Made by a program: the position numbers and the translations under genes. A DNA stretch of 64,000 nucleotides from Planctomycetales bacterium. GTDB taxonomy: Bacteria > 4484-113. The stretch covers positions 128,001 through 192,000 of the forward strand of contig JBBIRS010000003.1 of the NCBI GenBank assembly GCA_037441675.1, in the 5' to 3' direction. Below, piece by piece: positions 28,033 to 38,509 of this stretch. The notes beneath the pieces were generated by a model that ran no database searches, was not told where the DNA came from, and saw nothing but the letters and a program-made list of their open reading frames with translations. Positions within the stretch are counted from its first letter, which is position 1. Every line of letters begins with the position of its first letter.

Positions 28033-28905
28033 CTACGTCAACTCGCGCGAAAATGCCTGTGACAACTGACGAAGCTTCCCGAGTATCTCGGAAAAGTCCT
28101 CAATAGTTAATGACTGCTTGCCATCAGATAGGGCGCTTGTTGGCTCGGGGTGAACTTCCACAAGCGCTCCATCTGCGCCAATGGCTAGGGCAGACTTTAG
28201 CGCAGATTCAATGTATTCGGTTAACCCAAGGGAATGGCTCGGATCAACCAGAATAGGCAAGTGGCTTACACGCTTCACAATCGCTACTGCCATTAAATCA
28301 AGCGTATTTCTCTGCGCAGGGTCGAACGTTCTTATCCCACGCTCGCAAAGGATGACTTTATCGTTTCCACCAGCAAGGATGTATTCGGCGCTCATCAGAA
28401 GCTCATAGATGCTATTTCCAAAACCGCGCTTTAAGAGAACCGGCTTTTGAGTTGTGCCAATAAACTTGAGCAGTGGAAAATTCTGCATATTTCTGCTACC
28501 AATTTGGATAACATCAGCGACATCAAGAACTTTCTCCGTATCCGCAATTGACATAAGCTCTGTGACAATATTCAAGCCTGTTTCTTCCTTGACCTGAGCG
28601 ATTATCTTCAAGCCTTCCTCTTGCAAGCCTTGGAAAGAATGGGGAGAAGTTCTGGGCTTGTAAGCTCCTCCGCGGATAGCTTTTAAGCCAACTGACTTAA
28701 GGAAATGGGCGATTTTACTGAACTGCTCGTAACTTTCCACCGCGCAGGGGCCTGCAATAAGCGTGAAACTACCATCACCAACGGTTAAACCTCGAAGGGC
28801 AACATTCGTTTGCAATTTATCTTCACGTTTGCCTGCGAGTGGATAGCTCTTTGGGTCATGAATTGCTGTCAACGGGAATTCAAAAGTGCCTAACTCATCT
28901 TCCAT
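28033..28905 (-). CDS. aroF: DAHP synthase, type I-beta
   Basis: IAGPCAVES, RGGAYKPRTSPHSFQG, QIGSRNMQNF, LCERGIRTF, VDPSH, SDGKQSL. Confidence 0.93.
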   Translation of the reverse strand: MEDELGTFEFPLTAIHDPKSYPLAGKREDKLQTNVALRGLTVGDGSFTLIAGPCAVESYEQFSKIAHFLKSVGLKAIRGGAYKPRTSPHSFQGLQEEGLKIIAQVKEETGLNIVTELMSIADTEKVLDVADVIQIGSRNMQNFPLLKFIGTTQKPVLLKRGFGNSIYELLMSAEYILAGGNDKVILCERGIRTFDPAQRNTLDLMAVAIVKRVSHLPILVDPSHSLGLTEYIESALKSALAIGADGALVEVHPEPTSALSDGKQSLTIEDFSEILGKLRQLSQAFSRELT

Positions 28906-28947
28906 AGAATTAACCCATCTATTTTATCACTTAAGTTTGAGGATTAT

Positions 28948-30009
28948 TTAGTCGGGCGCAATTGAAATGGCTAGGAGGGGGTCTTCACCCATGATAAGCG
29001 AGGTGTTAGCTAGAATATCAACGCTCTCTTGTTTTCCTCGTAAGTCAAAATAGAGAAGCCCAAGCACTATCTGCTCTATTGGAAGAGTTAGAGTCGAGAT
29101 GACTGCGTTCAGTGATTGAGAGGTACTATATACCCATAGTGGCATTTCACTGGGACGAAGGAGGAAAGCTTCTAACCCGATTCTACCGTGCTCAAAGTAG
29201 TAGCCCATGAGGATTAGCGCCATGCTGATTGGCGTTGCTATAATATATCTAATTAAGGTCATAAGAAACCAGGTAAGATTGAGTAACGCGACAATGTACC
29301 AAAAGTTGGCAAAGGAGAGTGAAAACGCCCTTCTGACGTTTCTTATTCCAGCAGAGATAATCCTTGAAGGAACTTTTTCAAATGCGATAATACCGTTCAT
29401 TGGGGCAATTAAGAAAACAAGCGCAATTGTCACCATAGACGCAAGTAGAACTAGCCCAAGAGAAATGAAAATAGCAATAACCTCTAATCCCGGAATAAAT
29501 CCCAAGTAGACGAAAAGGAGTGGAACTGTAAAGGCACCAATCACTAAAACCCCAAAGAAGAAATAACTAGATTGCGTGAGCCACCATTTCCTAAGGGCAA
29601 AACGCACGCATTCTAGAACTGTGGTTTCTCTTCCGAGGTATAAACTGCCCGCAAGGCGCGGTGGCGCTATTAGGATTATCGGATATACGAGAAGTAAGTA
29701 AGTTACAATTGTTAACGCGGAGAGAAGAAAGGACACTATCTCGGAAGGAGTAAAGGGTAAGTATATTGTTGATAAACTCTCAATGTCTTTGATTTCCATG
29801 AGGACATGGTAAACTTTGCTTGTGAAACGCGCGGAGAAGATCATTGCAGGCGGGTAGATTAGGATGAACAGCATCGCTAGTGGGACAAAGTGTAATCTAT
29901 AAATGTTGAACGCTCCAATGAAGATGCTTGTAAGGTCAAGTTTTCTCACTGGAAGGCTTTTATGCTGTTGAAGCTTTGTATTACTTGCTGGTGAGAACGT
30001 TTCTTCCAT
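28948..30009 (-). CDS. Polytopic membrane protein of unknown function
   Basis: Several hydrophobic helices; C-terminal LLYFDLR..E motif. Confidence 0.65.
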   Translation of the reverse strand: MEETFSPASNTKLQQHKSLPVRKLDLTSIFIGAFNIYRLHFVPLAMLFILIYPPAMIFSARFTSKVYHVLMEIKDIESLSTIYLPFTPSEIVSFLLSALTIVTYLLLVYPIILIAPPRLAGSLYLGRETTVLECVRFALRKWWLTQSSYFFFGVLVIGAFTVPLLFVYLGFIPGLEVIAIFISLGLVLLASMVTIALVFLIAPMNGIIAFEKVPSRIISAGIRNVRRAFSLSFANFWYIVALLNLTWFLMTLIRYIIATPISMALILMGYYFEHGRIGLEAFLLRPSEMPLWVYSTSQSLNAVISTLTLPIEQIVLGLLYFDLRGKQESVDILANTSLIMGEDPLLAISIAPD

Positions 30010-30251
30010 ATTATCCCGCGTTCGTTTAAGAGCAGATACTAATCTAGCTTCTCAAGTTTAGCATAATTTTTTTCTGATCTATATAACTGTCGGAGGTGAG
30101 GAGGTCTGAGAAGACGCAAACTTTCCGCAACTATAGTATCTCTAGCATTAAAGCTGATGGGATGCTATAATTTTGCCTGTAAGCTCCTTAACTAGAAGTT
30201 TCTTCGTTAAAAAAGGCTCAAATTCCTAAGTTATATTAAAGGAGGGCAATA

Positions 30252-30824
30252 ATGGAAGGTGAAGCCAAAGCCAAAGAAATTTTGAAGCAGTGCTGTGAAA
30301 AAATGGACGCGGCGCTTCAAAGACTTCAGGAAGAGTTTTCAAGACTTCGTGCGGGACGCGCCTCCGTTGGGCTAGTTGACCATATCTTAATTCCCGCCTA
30401 CGAGGATAAACTTCCGCTTAAACAGCTCGCCAGCATTACCACTCCTGATGCGGTCACGATTCAAATCACACCTTACGATAAAACAATAATCAAAAGCATT
30501 GAAAAGGGTATCGCGGATTCCCAGATAGGACTTACACCCATAAATGATGGAAGTGTGATCCGCATTAACATTCCGCCAATGACGGAGGAGAGAAGGAAGG
30601 ACGTGATAAAGGTGGCTGGCAAAATCGCAGAGGAGGGTAGGGTTGCCTTGAGGAATAATAGAAGGGATGCCAAGGAAGCCTTCCAGAAACTGGAGAAAAG
30701 CAAGGAAATAGGCGAGGATGAGTACCACTTTCTACTTGATGAGTTGGAAAAGGAGCTTGAAAAGAGAATGGAAAAACTAGAGGAGCTTTACAGAAAGAAG
30801 GAAACGGAAATTATGAACGGGTAA
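30252..30824 (+). CDS. frr: Ribosome recycling factor
   Basis: LRAGRAS, PLKQLASI, IRINIPPMTEERRK, VALRNNRRDA. Confidence 0.97.
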   Translation: MEGEAKAKEILKQCCEKMDAALQRLQEEFSRLRAGRASVGLVDHILIPAYEDKLPLKQLASITTPDAVTIQITPYDKTIIKSIEKGIADSQIGLTPINDGSVIRINIPPMTEERRKDVIKVAGKIAEEGRVALRNNRRDAKEAFQKLEKSKEIGEDEYHFLLDELEKELEKRMEKLEELYRKKETEIMNG

Positions 30825-31113
30825 GCGGATATTACGATCTGCTCCTTTTTGGGCTTGTACCATCTTCTATCTTGATAGCTTATCTTAATTCCAAGCGGGC
30901 TTTTTTGCGAGCATCTCTTTTCTCCACAAAATTTTATTACTTCGCAGGGACTTCTTCGCAGGGTCTTAAATGATGTTTAGCTTCAAAAGGTGGTAGTTCT
31001 CAACTCCCCAAGATTACTAAGCTTTTGCTTCCTATTCACCTTATCACCTTGCCTTCTTTGGCTCCCGTCGGCAAAGCACTTTCTTTTTCTCGCAGAGGGA
31101 CGTTTCTTACCCC

Positions 31114-31129
31114 TGTGACTTAAGTCATT
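31114..31129. promoter_or_regulatory. CRP/FNR-family-like site upstream of the nar operon
   Basis: TGTGA-CTTAAG-TCATT containing the perfect palindrome TGACTTAAGTCA. Confidence 0.45.
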
Positions 31130-31176
31130 TAAATAGACTGAGACTTAAATTTATTGTAAAATATATCACTAGTAGA

Positions 31177-32094
31177 ATGAGAAGCATAATCTCAAATTTT
31201 GTGCATTTGAGCCAAAGAATTTTATTCTACAATTCTAGATTTTTCTCTCTAAGCTTTGTTCTTCTTGGTTTGTTCACGTTCCTTGCGTCATTAATTTTTG
31301 CTAGCACAGAATTGGTCTATGCTCAATCGGCGGGTGAGGGTAGGAAAGTTTTTGAAGCCAATTGCACAACTTGTCATACCATCGGTGGAGGTGAAATTGC
31401 AGGCCCTGATCTTAAGGGAGTGGCGAAGAGAAGGGATAGTGAATGGCTCAGGAAATTTATCTCAGACCCGGGGAAAATGATAGCGGAGAAGGACGTAATT
31501 GCCCTTGAACTGCTTGGCAAATACAACTTTCCGATGCCGAAGATAGAGCTTACTGAAGATGAAATTTCAGCACTGATAGCTTTTTTTGAGGAGGAGAGCG
31601 GAATTCGCGCAAAGCCAGCGGTTGAGGAAGCTAAACCACTTGTGCCGACCGCACCACCTGCGACCGAGATTCAAGGCAGCGCTTCAGCTGGGTGGATTTT
31701 ATTTACTGGAGGCAAGCGGTTTGAAAAAGGCGCGCCAGCCTGTATTGCTTGTCATAATGCGGGGAAGCGCGGAACTTTTGGTGGTGGAACCCTGGGACCA
31801 GACTTAACGAAAGCCTATTCCAAGTACGGCAGAGATGGGATTATAACCGTGCTTTCTTCGCTACCCTTCCCAACAATGAGACCTATTTTTGCCCAAAGAA
31901 TGTTAACTCCTCAGGAGCAGGCTGATTTAAGAGCTTTCTTTGAGGAGATTGACGCGCAAAGCCCATCTCAAATGACGCTAGGTGTTGCGCTTATGGCTTT
32001 CTCAGGGTTCGTTGGGCTTATGCTAGCTTTTCAGGTTGTGTGGAAGGACCGCTTAACAGGTATCAGAGGGCGCTTGCTTAGGTGGGGTAAGTAA
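31177..32094 (+). CDS. Di-heme cytochrome c with C-terminal membrane anchor (NarC-like)
   Basis: CTTCH..GPDL and CIACH..GPDL; signal-like N-terminus; C-terminal TM helix; directly precedes narG. Confidence 0.85.
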   Translation: MRSIISNFVHLSQRILFYNSRFFSLSFVLLGLFTFLASLIFASTELVYAQSAGEGRKVFEANCTTCHTIGGGEIAGPDLKGVAKRRDSEWLRKFISDPGKMIAEKDVIALELLGKYNFPMPKIELTEDEISALIAFFEEESGIRAKPAVEEAKPLVPTAPPATEIQGSASAGWILFTGGKRFEKGAPACIACHNAGKRGTFGGGTLGPDLTKAYSKYGRDGIITVLSSLPFPTMRPIFAQRMLTPQEQADLRAFFEEIDAQSPSQMTLGVALMAFSGFVGLMLAFQVVWKDRLTGIRGRLLRWGK

Positions 32095-32119
32095 TTCTTG
32101 AAATTTAAGGAGGCTTATC

Positions 32120-35100
32120 TTGGGTTGGATAAGGGATTTAGTCAGTCCCAAAACGAGAAGTTGGGAAGAGTTCTACAGAAACCGTTGGCAGTATGACAAA
32201 ACTGTCAGAAGCACTCACGGAGTCAATTGCACCGGCGGTTGTTCCTGGCTAGTTTATGTGAAGGATGGAATAATCACCTGGGAGCTTCAGGCTACGGATT
32301 ACCCAAGTTTGGAGTGTAACCTTCCTCCATATGAGCCTAGAGGTTGTCAGCGTGGCGTTTCATTTTCCTGGTATATCTACAGCCCGATTAGGGTTAAGTA
32401 TCCTTACGTGAGGGGAGTGCTACTGGACTTATGGAGAGAAGCTATGGCGACCCATAATGAACCAGTAAGCGCTTGGGCTTCCATTGTTGAAGATAAATCT
32501 TTGCGCGCTAGTTATCAGAGAGCAAGAGGTAAAGGTGGATTTAGACGAGCGTCTTGGGATACAGTTCTTGAGATTATCGCGGCGTCTGCAATTTATACTG
32601 CAAAAAAATATGGTCCGGATAGAGTTATCGGCTTTTCGCCAATACCTGCAATGTCAATGCTCTCCTATGCGGGTGGTTCACGATTCTTGCAACTTTTTGG
32701 TGGGGTCAATCTCAGTTTTTATGACTGGTATAGCGACCTGCCTAACGCTTCCCCTGAAATATGGGGCGAGCAGACCGATGTCTGTGAAAGCGCAGATTGG
32801 TACAACAGTAAGTACATAGTCGTGATGGGTTCAAACCTTAATATGACCCGAACTCCGGACGTCCACTTTGTTTCCGAAGCCAAGCACAATGGAACTAAGC
32901 TTGTTGTTCTCTCGCCGGACTTTAGCCAGGTTTCAAAGTATTCAGATTGGTGGATACCCGTAAATGCTGGGCAGGATGGCGCCTTTTGGATGGCGGTTAA
33001 CCACGTGATTCTAAAAGAGTTCTACGTGGAGAAGAAGGTCGATTACTTCATCAACTACCTTAAAAACTACACTGATGCGCCATTTTTTGTTGAAATTGTT
33101 GAGAGGGATGGTAAGTTCTATCCGGGAAGACTTGTTCGAGCAAATTGTCTTGATAAATACAAGAATGAAGAGAATGGCGCATGGAAGTTTTTAATTTTTG
33201 ATGAGCTTTCTAAAGAGCCAAGGATGCCGCAGGGAAGCGTTGGCTTTCGCTGGCAGAAGGAAAAGGGTAAGTGGAATCTTTTAATGCAGGATGGAACGGA
33301 TGGGTCACAGCTTGAACCCGCATTGAGCCTGAATGAATATAAGGATGATGTTCTTCCAGTGGTTTTTGAAGAATTTGTTAAGCATAGAAAGATTGAGCGC
33401 GAAGTATGCGTTAAATACATTCAAGCGAATGGCAGGAAGTTGGCTGTTGCGACAATCTTTGATCTATTAATGGGTCAATTTGGTGTAAGTCGCGGACTAG
33501 GTGGAGAATACCCCAAGGGTTACGAGGACGAGGATGCGCCATATACGCCTGCGTGGCAAGAAAAATTCACGGGAATTGGAAGGAAGACCGTGGAGAAATT
33601 TGCACGCGAATGGGCCCACACCGCGGAAGTCACTGAGGGTAGATGCACAGTAATAATAGGCGCTGGTATCAACCATTGGTATCACAATAACTTAATGTAT
33701 CGTTCCGCTATTGTGGCTCTAATGCTTTGCGGATGCGTGGGGAGGAATGGAGGTGGACTTAATCATTACGTTGGGCAGGAGAAACTTGCCCCAGTGGCGT
33801 CATGGTCAACGATTGCCTTTGCTCTTGATTGGGTGAAGCCTCCAAGATTGCAAAATACCCCATCTTTTCATTACGTGCATACAGACCAATGGCGTTATGA
33901 AAAGAGCTTCAGGGAGTATCATCCAGTTCCGGGAGATGGGAAGCTCGCGCGGGGACACACGGTGGACTTGCAGGCGAAGGCTGTTCGTCTGGGGTGGCTT
34001 CCGTTCTTCCCTCAGTTTAATAAAAATTCACTAGAGCTTGTAAAGGAGGCAGAGGCAAGTGGAGCAAAGACCAACGAGGAAATAATCAATTGGCTTACTA
34101 ACCAATTGAAAGAGAAGAAGGTTAGCTACGCGATTGAGGATCCTGATTCTCCTGAGAATTGGCCAAGGCTTTGGATAATCTGGCGCGGGAACGCGCTTAT
34201 GTCCAGCGCCAAGGGGCATGAGTACTTCTTGAAACACTATCTTGGCACTCACACAAACGCAATATCAGATGAAATCGGTAAGGACTCGGTTCAAGAAGTA
34301 AAGTGGCATAAGGAGAGTCCACGCGGGAAGCTTGACCTCGTTGTGGATATTAACTTCCGAATGGATACCTCAGCCCTATATTCTGATATTGTTCTTCCAA
34401 CTGCAACTTGGTATGAGAAGAATGACTTGAATTCAACGGATTTGCATTCATACATTCATCCACTCAGCGCTGCGGTTCCGCCTTGTTGGGAATCAAAGAG
34501 CGACTGGGATATCTTTAAGGCAATTGCAGAGAAGGTAAGCGAACTTGCCAGGGTTCATTTCCCAGAGCCGGTTAAGGATATTGTTGCTCAGCCGTTGATG
34601 CACGATACACCTGATGAGCTAGCGCAAGAGTGTGTCTTGGATTGGTCAAAAGGCGAGTGTGAAATAATTCCAGGAAAAACCACTCAGAGATTTGTCGTAG
34701 TTGAGCGTGGCTACACGAATCTTTACAACAGGTTTATTTCCTTTGGGCCGAATGCTCGCAATGAGGGCATAGGTGCGCATGGGATTAAGTGGCAGATTAG
34801 AGACCTATACGAAAGGCTTGTGGAAAACTCCCACGTTGAACAGTGGAACGGAACCAAGTTTCCATCCTTAAAGGATGAGATTGACGCTGCAAACTTAATC
34901 CTTGAACTGTCTCCAGAAACAAATGGAGAATCCTGCTATCGCGCGTTTAAGGCTGAAGAGGAGAAGGTTGGGCTTCCATTGATTGACCTTGTTCAGGATT
35001 ATCGCTCAGTTCGCATAACCTTCAAGGATATAACTCAACAACCAAGACGATTGCTCACCAGTCCCTGCTGGTCAGGGATTATGAACAATGGTCGTGCCTA

Positions 35101-35737
35101 CTCCCCATACTGTATCAACGTTGAGAAGAAAGTTCCCTGGCGAACCTTAACGGGAAGGCAACACTTTTACCTTGACCACGAAGGCTACATCGCTTTTGGG
35201 GAGCATCTTCCCACATACAAGCCAAAGCCAGATGTCCTTACTTTCGGCGATATAGTCAAATCACAGCAGGGCGAAAAGTGCATCACCCTTAATTACCTTA
35301 CCCCTCACGGAAAATGGCACATTCATTCAACTTACTACGACAATCATAGGATGCTTACTCTATCTCGTGGTATAGAACCATTTTGGATGAACGATGATGA
35401 TGCAAGGGAGATTGGCGTGAATGATAATGACTGGGTTGAGGTCTTCAACGATCACGGGGTAGTGGTAACTCGTGCGGTTGTCAGCGCTCGTGTTCCACGG
35501 GGAGTTTCCATCTTTTATCATTCACCTGAAAGAACCATCTCCATTCCCAAGTCCCCCTTAAGGGGGAATCGCCGCGCAGGTGGGCATAACAGTTTGACCC
35601 GGACCCGACTGAAGCCGGTTCTCCTTATGGGCGGTTACGCGCAATTCACCTTTGCCTTTAATTACTGGGGTCCCACCGGCGTTAACCGAGATACGCACGT
35701 TATTGTCAGAAAGCTTCCAGGAGAACCAAAATGGTAA
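32120..35737 (+). CDS. narG: Nitrate reductase / nitrite oxidoreductase alpha subunit (Mo-bisPGD, cytoplasmic type)
   Basis: [47 protein letters not shown]; no Tat signal; TTG start after AGGAGG. Confidence 0.96.
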   Translation: MGWIRDLVSPKTRSWEEFYRNRWQYDKTVRSTHGVNCTGGCSWLVYVKDGIITWELQATDYPSLECNLPPYEPRGCQRGVSFSWYIYSPIRVKYPYVRGVLLDLWREAMATHNEPVSAWASIVEDKSLRASYQRARGKGGFRRASWDTVLEIIAASAIYTAKKYGPDRVIGFSPIPAMSMLSYAGGSRFLQLFGGVNLSFYDWYSDLPNASPEIWGEQTDVCESADWYNSKYIVVMGSNLNMTRTPDVHFVSEAKHNGTKLVVLSPDFSQVSKYSDWWIPVNAGQDGAFWMAVNHVILKEFYVEKKVDYFINYLKNYTDAPFFVEIVERDGKFYPGRLVRANCLDKYKNEENGAWKFLIFDELSKEPRMPQGSVGFRWQKEKGKWNLLMQDGTDGSQLEPALSLNEYKDDVLPVVFEEFVKHRKIEREVCVKYIQANGRKLAVATIFDLLMGQFGVSRGLGGEYPKGYEDEDAPYTPAWQEKFTGIGRKTVEKFAREWAHTAEVTEGRCTVIIGAGINHWYHNNLMYRSAIVALMLCGCVGRNGGGLNHYVGQEKLAPVASWSTIAFALDWVKPPRLQNTPSFHYVHTDQWRYEKSFREYHPVPGDGKLARGHTVDLQAKAVRLGWLPFFPQFNKNSLELVKEAEASGAKTNEEIINWLTNQLKEKKVSYAIEDPDSPENWPRLWIIWRGNALMSSAKGHEYFLKHYLGTHTNAISDEIGKDSVQEVKWHKESPRGKLDLVVDINFRMDTSALYSDIVLPTATWYEKNDLNSTDLHSYIHPLSAAVPPCWESKSDWDIFKAIAEKVSELARVHFPEPVKDIVAQPLMHDTPDELAQECVLDWSKGECEIIPGKTTQRFVVVERGYTNLYNRFISFGPNARNEGIGAHGIKWQIRDLYERLVENSHVEQWNGTKFPSLKDEIDAANLILELSPETNGESCYRAFKAEEEKVGLPLIDLVQDYRSVRITFKDITQQPRRLLTSPCWSGIMNNGRAYSPYCINVEKKVPWRTLTGRQHFYLDHEGYIAFGEHLPTYKPKPDVLTFGDIVKSQQGEKCITLNYLTPHGKWHIHSTYYDNHRMLTLSRGIEPFWMNDDDAREIGVNDNDWVEVFNDHGVVVTRAVVSARVPRGVSIFYHSPERTISIPKSPLRGNRRAGGHNSLTRTRLKPVLLMGGYAQFTFAFNYWGPTGVNRDTHVIVRKLPGEPKW

Positions 35738-35759
35738 CAGTGTCAAGAAGGAGTTTCTT

Positions 35760-37247
35760 ATGGATGTAAGAGCGCAAGTATCAATGGTTTTTCATCTGGA
35801 TAAATGCATAGGGTGTCACACTTGTAGCATTGCGTGCAAGAACATCTGGACGGATAGAAGGGGCACGGAGTATATGTGGTGGAACAACGTGGAGACAAAA
35901 CCCGGAACCGGCTATCCCACTCGCTGGGAAGACCAAGAAAAGTATAAGGGTGGTTGGTATAGAAGAAATGGGGAGGTAAGCTTAAAGCTCCAAAGTAAGC
36001 TGGGAACTTTCGGAAATCTCTTCTTCAATCCATTTTTACCTACAATGGATGATTACTACGAGCCATGGACTTACCGCTATCAGGATCTATTTGATAGCCC
36101 AGCGGAAGATGATCAGCCAACTGCGATACCTATTTCAATGGTTACAGGCGCGCCAATGAATATTGAAGCAGGACCAAATTGGGATGACGATCTTGGTGGT
36201 TCTCCAGTCTATGCGGAAAACGATTACAACCTGAGGAACATCTCAGGGGAAGAAAAGAGACAACTCTTTGAAATTGAGAGAGTAGTTTTCTTTTACCTAC
36301 CACGTATATGCAATCACTGCCTGAACCCAGGGTGCGTTGCTGCCTGCCCGGCGGGCGCAATTTACAAGCGAGGGGAGGATGGGATAGTCTTGCTGAGCCA
36401 AGAGCGTTGCAGAGCATGGAGAATGTGCATATCCGGTTGTCCGTATAAGAAGGTGTATTACAACTGGGCAACGGGCAAGAGCGAAAAGTGCATTCTTTGT
36501 TATCCGAGGCTAGAGAGTGGGCAAGCACCAGCTTGCTTTCACAGTTGTGTCGGCAGAATCCGCTATCTCGGTATTCTCCTTTATGATGCGGAGAAAATAG
36601 TACCTTCCGCCTCAGTTCCCGATGAGGAGCTAGTCTTTGCGCATAGAAACATTATCCTTGATCCGAACGACCCGGCTGTTGTTGCATCTGCTAAGAAAAA
36701 TGGAATTTCTGATGAAATGATTGACTTTGCTAGACGCTCACCTGTCTATAAATTTGCGAAGCAGTTCGAAATTGCTCTACCTCTTCATCCTGAGTTTAGA
36801 ACTCTACCTATGCTTTTTTACATTCCGCCACTTCTGCCAATTACCGCTAATGCAGAGAATGGCACCCTTGATGTTGCGGAAGCATTCTTTAGCTCCCTTG
36901 ACAAAGCCAGGATACCGATGCGATTTATGGCTAGTCTTTTCTCCGCGGGAAATGAAAGCGTAATTAGAAGCGTTTATATGAAGTTAATCGCGGTTAGGAT
37001 TTTCAAGAGAGCGCAAACTGTTGGGGACATTTCGGAGGCGGAAGTGGAAGACGCTCTGTTGAAGGGCAAGACTGACGCTAATGAAGCGGAGGAAATTTTC
37101 CGCTTGACTTCTCTTCCTAGCTTTGAAGACAGATTTGTCATTCCGCCCCTTGCTAGAGAAATGGCAATTGAGGCTTTGGAAGATCCAATGAAACACAAAA
37201 CTGAAGCAGGAGTTGGTTTCAGAATTGGAGGCAAGAGAAGATGGTAG
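35760..37247 (+). CDS. narH: Nitrate reductase beta subunit
   Basis: LDKCIGCHTCSIACK, CNHCLNPGCVAACP, CRAWRMCISGCPY, CILCYPR; ATG 35760 after AAGGAG. Confidence 0.96.
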   Translation: MDVRAQVSMVFHLDKCIGCHTCSIACKNIWTDRRGTEYMWWNNVETKPGTGYPTRWEDQEKYKGGWYRRNGEVSLKLQSKLGTFGNLFFNPFLPTMDDYYEPWTYRYQDLFDSPAEDDQPTAIPISMVTGAPMNIEAGPNWDDDLGGSPVYAENDYNLRNISGEEKRQLFEIERVVFFYLPRICNHCLNPGCVAACPAGAIYKRGEDGIVLLSQERCRAWRMCISGCPYKKVYYNWATGKSEKCILCYPRLESGQAPACFHSCVGRIRYLGILLYDAEKIVPSASVPDEELVFAHRNIILDPNDPAVVASAKKNGISDEMIDFARRSPVYKFAKQFEIALPLHPEFRTLPMLFYIPPLLPITANAENGTLDVAEAFFSSLDKARIPMRFMASLFSAGNESVIRSVYMKLIAVRIFKRAQTVGDISEAEVEDALLKGKTDANEAEEIFRLTSLPSFEDRFVIPPLAREMAIEALEDPMKHKTEAGVGFRIGGKRRW

Positions 37248-37824
37248 TTGAATTGAAGCAGGAAAAATCGCATAAGTGTTTGGAGCTCTTTTCACATCTC
37301 CTTGAGTATCCAAATACTTCCACATACTCTGCCTCTATTTCCTCGCAAAAATCTTTCGTTAACATAATACTCAGGCTGGCAGTGAGATTGAAAAGTTCGC
37401 GAGTATTCTTAAAGATATCCCACTTTCAAGGCTTGAGGAGCTTTACACGTCAACTTTTGACCTAGAGCCTAGGTGTTTTCCCTATGTCGGATACTATCTT
37501 TTTGGTGAAAGTTATGAACGGGGAGCTTTCTTGGCTGGACTTCGTCAGGAGTTCAGGCGTGTTGGTTTTAACGAGGGAGATGAACTTCCAGATCACTTGA
37601 GATGTCTGTTGCGTTTTATTGGAAAATGCGATATTGACAGCACTTTGGATGAGCTACTTAGCTACTGTCTCATTCCTGCTCTTAAGAGTATGGCGAGCGC
37701 TTTAGCTAAAACTGAGAATCCATATGCCCTACTTTTAAGCGGTATTCAACATTTTTTAGACGCGGGGAGAATACCTCACCTAGTTGAGACTGAAACAACG
37801 AAAGGAGGTAAAAACGGTGCTTGA
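37241..37824 (+). pseudogene. narJ: Nitrate reductase maturation chaperone, frameshifted
   Basis: LLEYP in one frame; LEELYTSTFDL..YLFGESYERG..ELPDHL in another; break near 37361. Confidence 0.85.
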
Positions 37825-38509
37825 TCAAGTGCTTTTCGTTGCCTTTCCTTATGCGGCAATTCTTACTGCGATAATTGTTGGATTATATAGGTACTTTTTC
37901 GACCGATATTCTTATTCAAGTTTTTCCTCGCAGTTTCTGGAGAATAGGGCGCTCTTCTGGGGTTCTGCGGGATGGCACTATGCAATTATTATTATCCTCA
38001 CAGCTCACGTCTTGGCAGCGGTTTTCCCACGCGCTTGGGCGGAACTTCTCTCTGTTCCCATCCGCCTTTACATCCTTGAAATTACGGGACTTGCTCTCGC
38101 ATTTCTTGCATTAACAGGTCTCATTATTCTTCTAATTAGAAGACTCCTCAGCATAAAAATGATTATAACAACAACATTTATGGACTGGATTCTACTTATC
38201 GCGTTACTCTTTCAGGTTTTTGCAGGATTGCATATTTCCCTTGCATATCGCTGGGGTGGCCTTTGGTATCTGAATACTGCGGTTCCCTGGCTCTGGTCGC
38301 TTTTCTCATTTAAGCCTGATATTCAACATGTGGTGACACTTCCATGGCTCGTTAAGTTTCACTTCCTGAATGCCTTTTTTGTAATTGCGCTGTTTCCATT
38401 CACACGCCTAGTTCACGTCTTCACGGTTCCCATTCCCTACCTTTGGCGTCCGTATCAGTTGGTGATTTGGAATAGAAAAGGAGGTGGAGAGTTTGGGCGG
38501 ACTTCCTAA
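37817..38509 (+). CDS. narI: Respiratory nitrate reductase gamma subunit (cytochrome b)
   Basis: SSFSSQFLE, WHYAI..AH, KFHF, FPFTRLVH, YLWRPYQLV. Confidence 0.94.
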   Translation: MLDQVLFVAFPYAAILTAIIVGLYRYFFDRYSYSSFSSQFLENRALFWGSAGWHYAIIIILTAHVLAAVFPRAWAELLSVPIRLYILEITGLALAFLALTGLIILLIRRLLSIKMIITTTFMDWILLIALLFQVFAGLHISLAYRWGGLWYLNTAVPWLWSLFSFKPDIQHVVTLPWLVKFHFLNAFFVIALFPFTRLVHVFTVPIPYLWRPYQLVIWNRKGGGEFGRTS

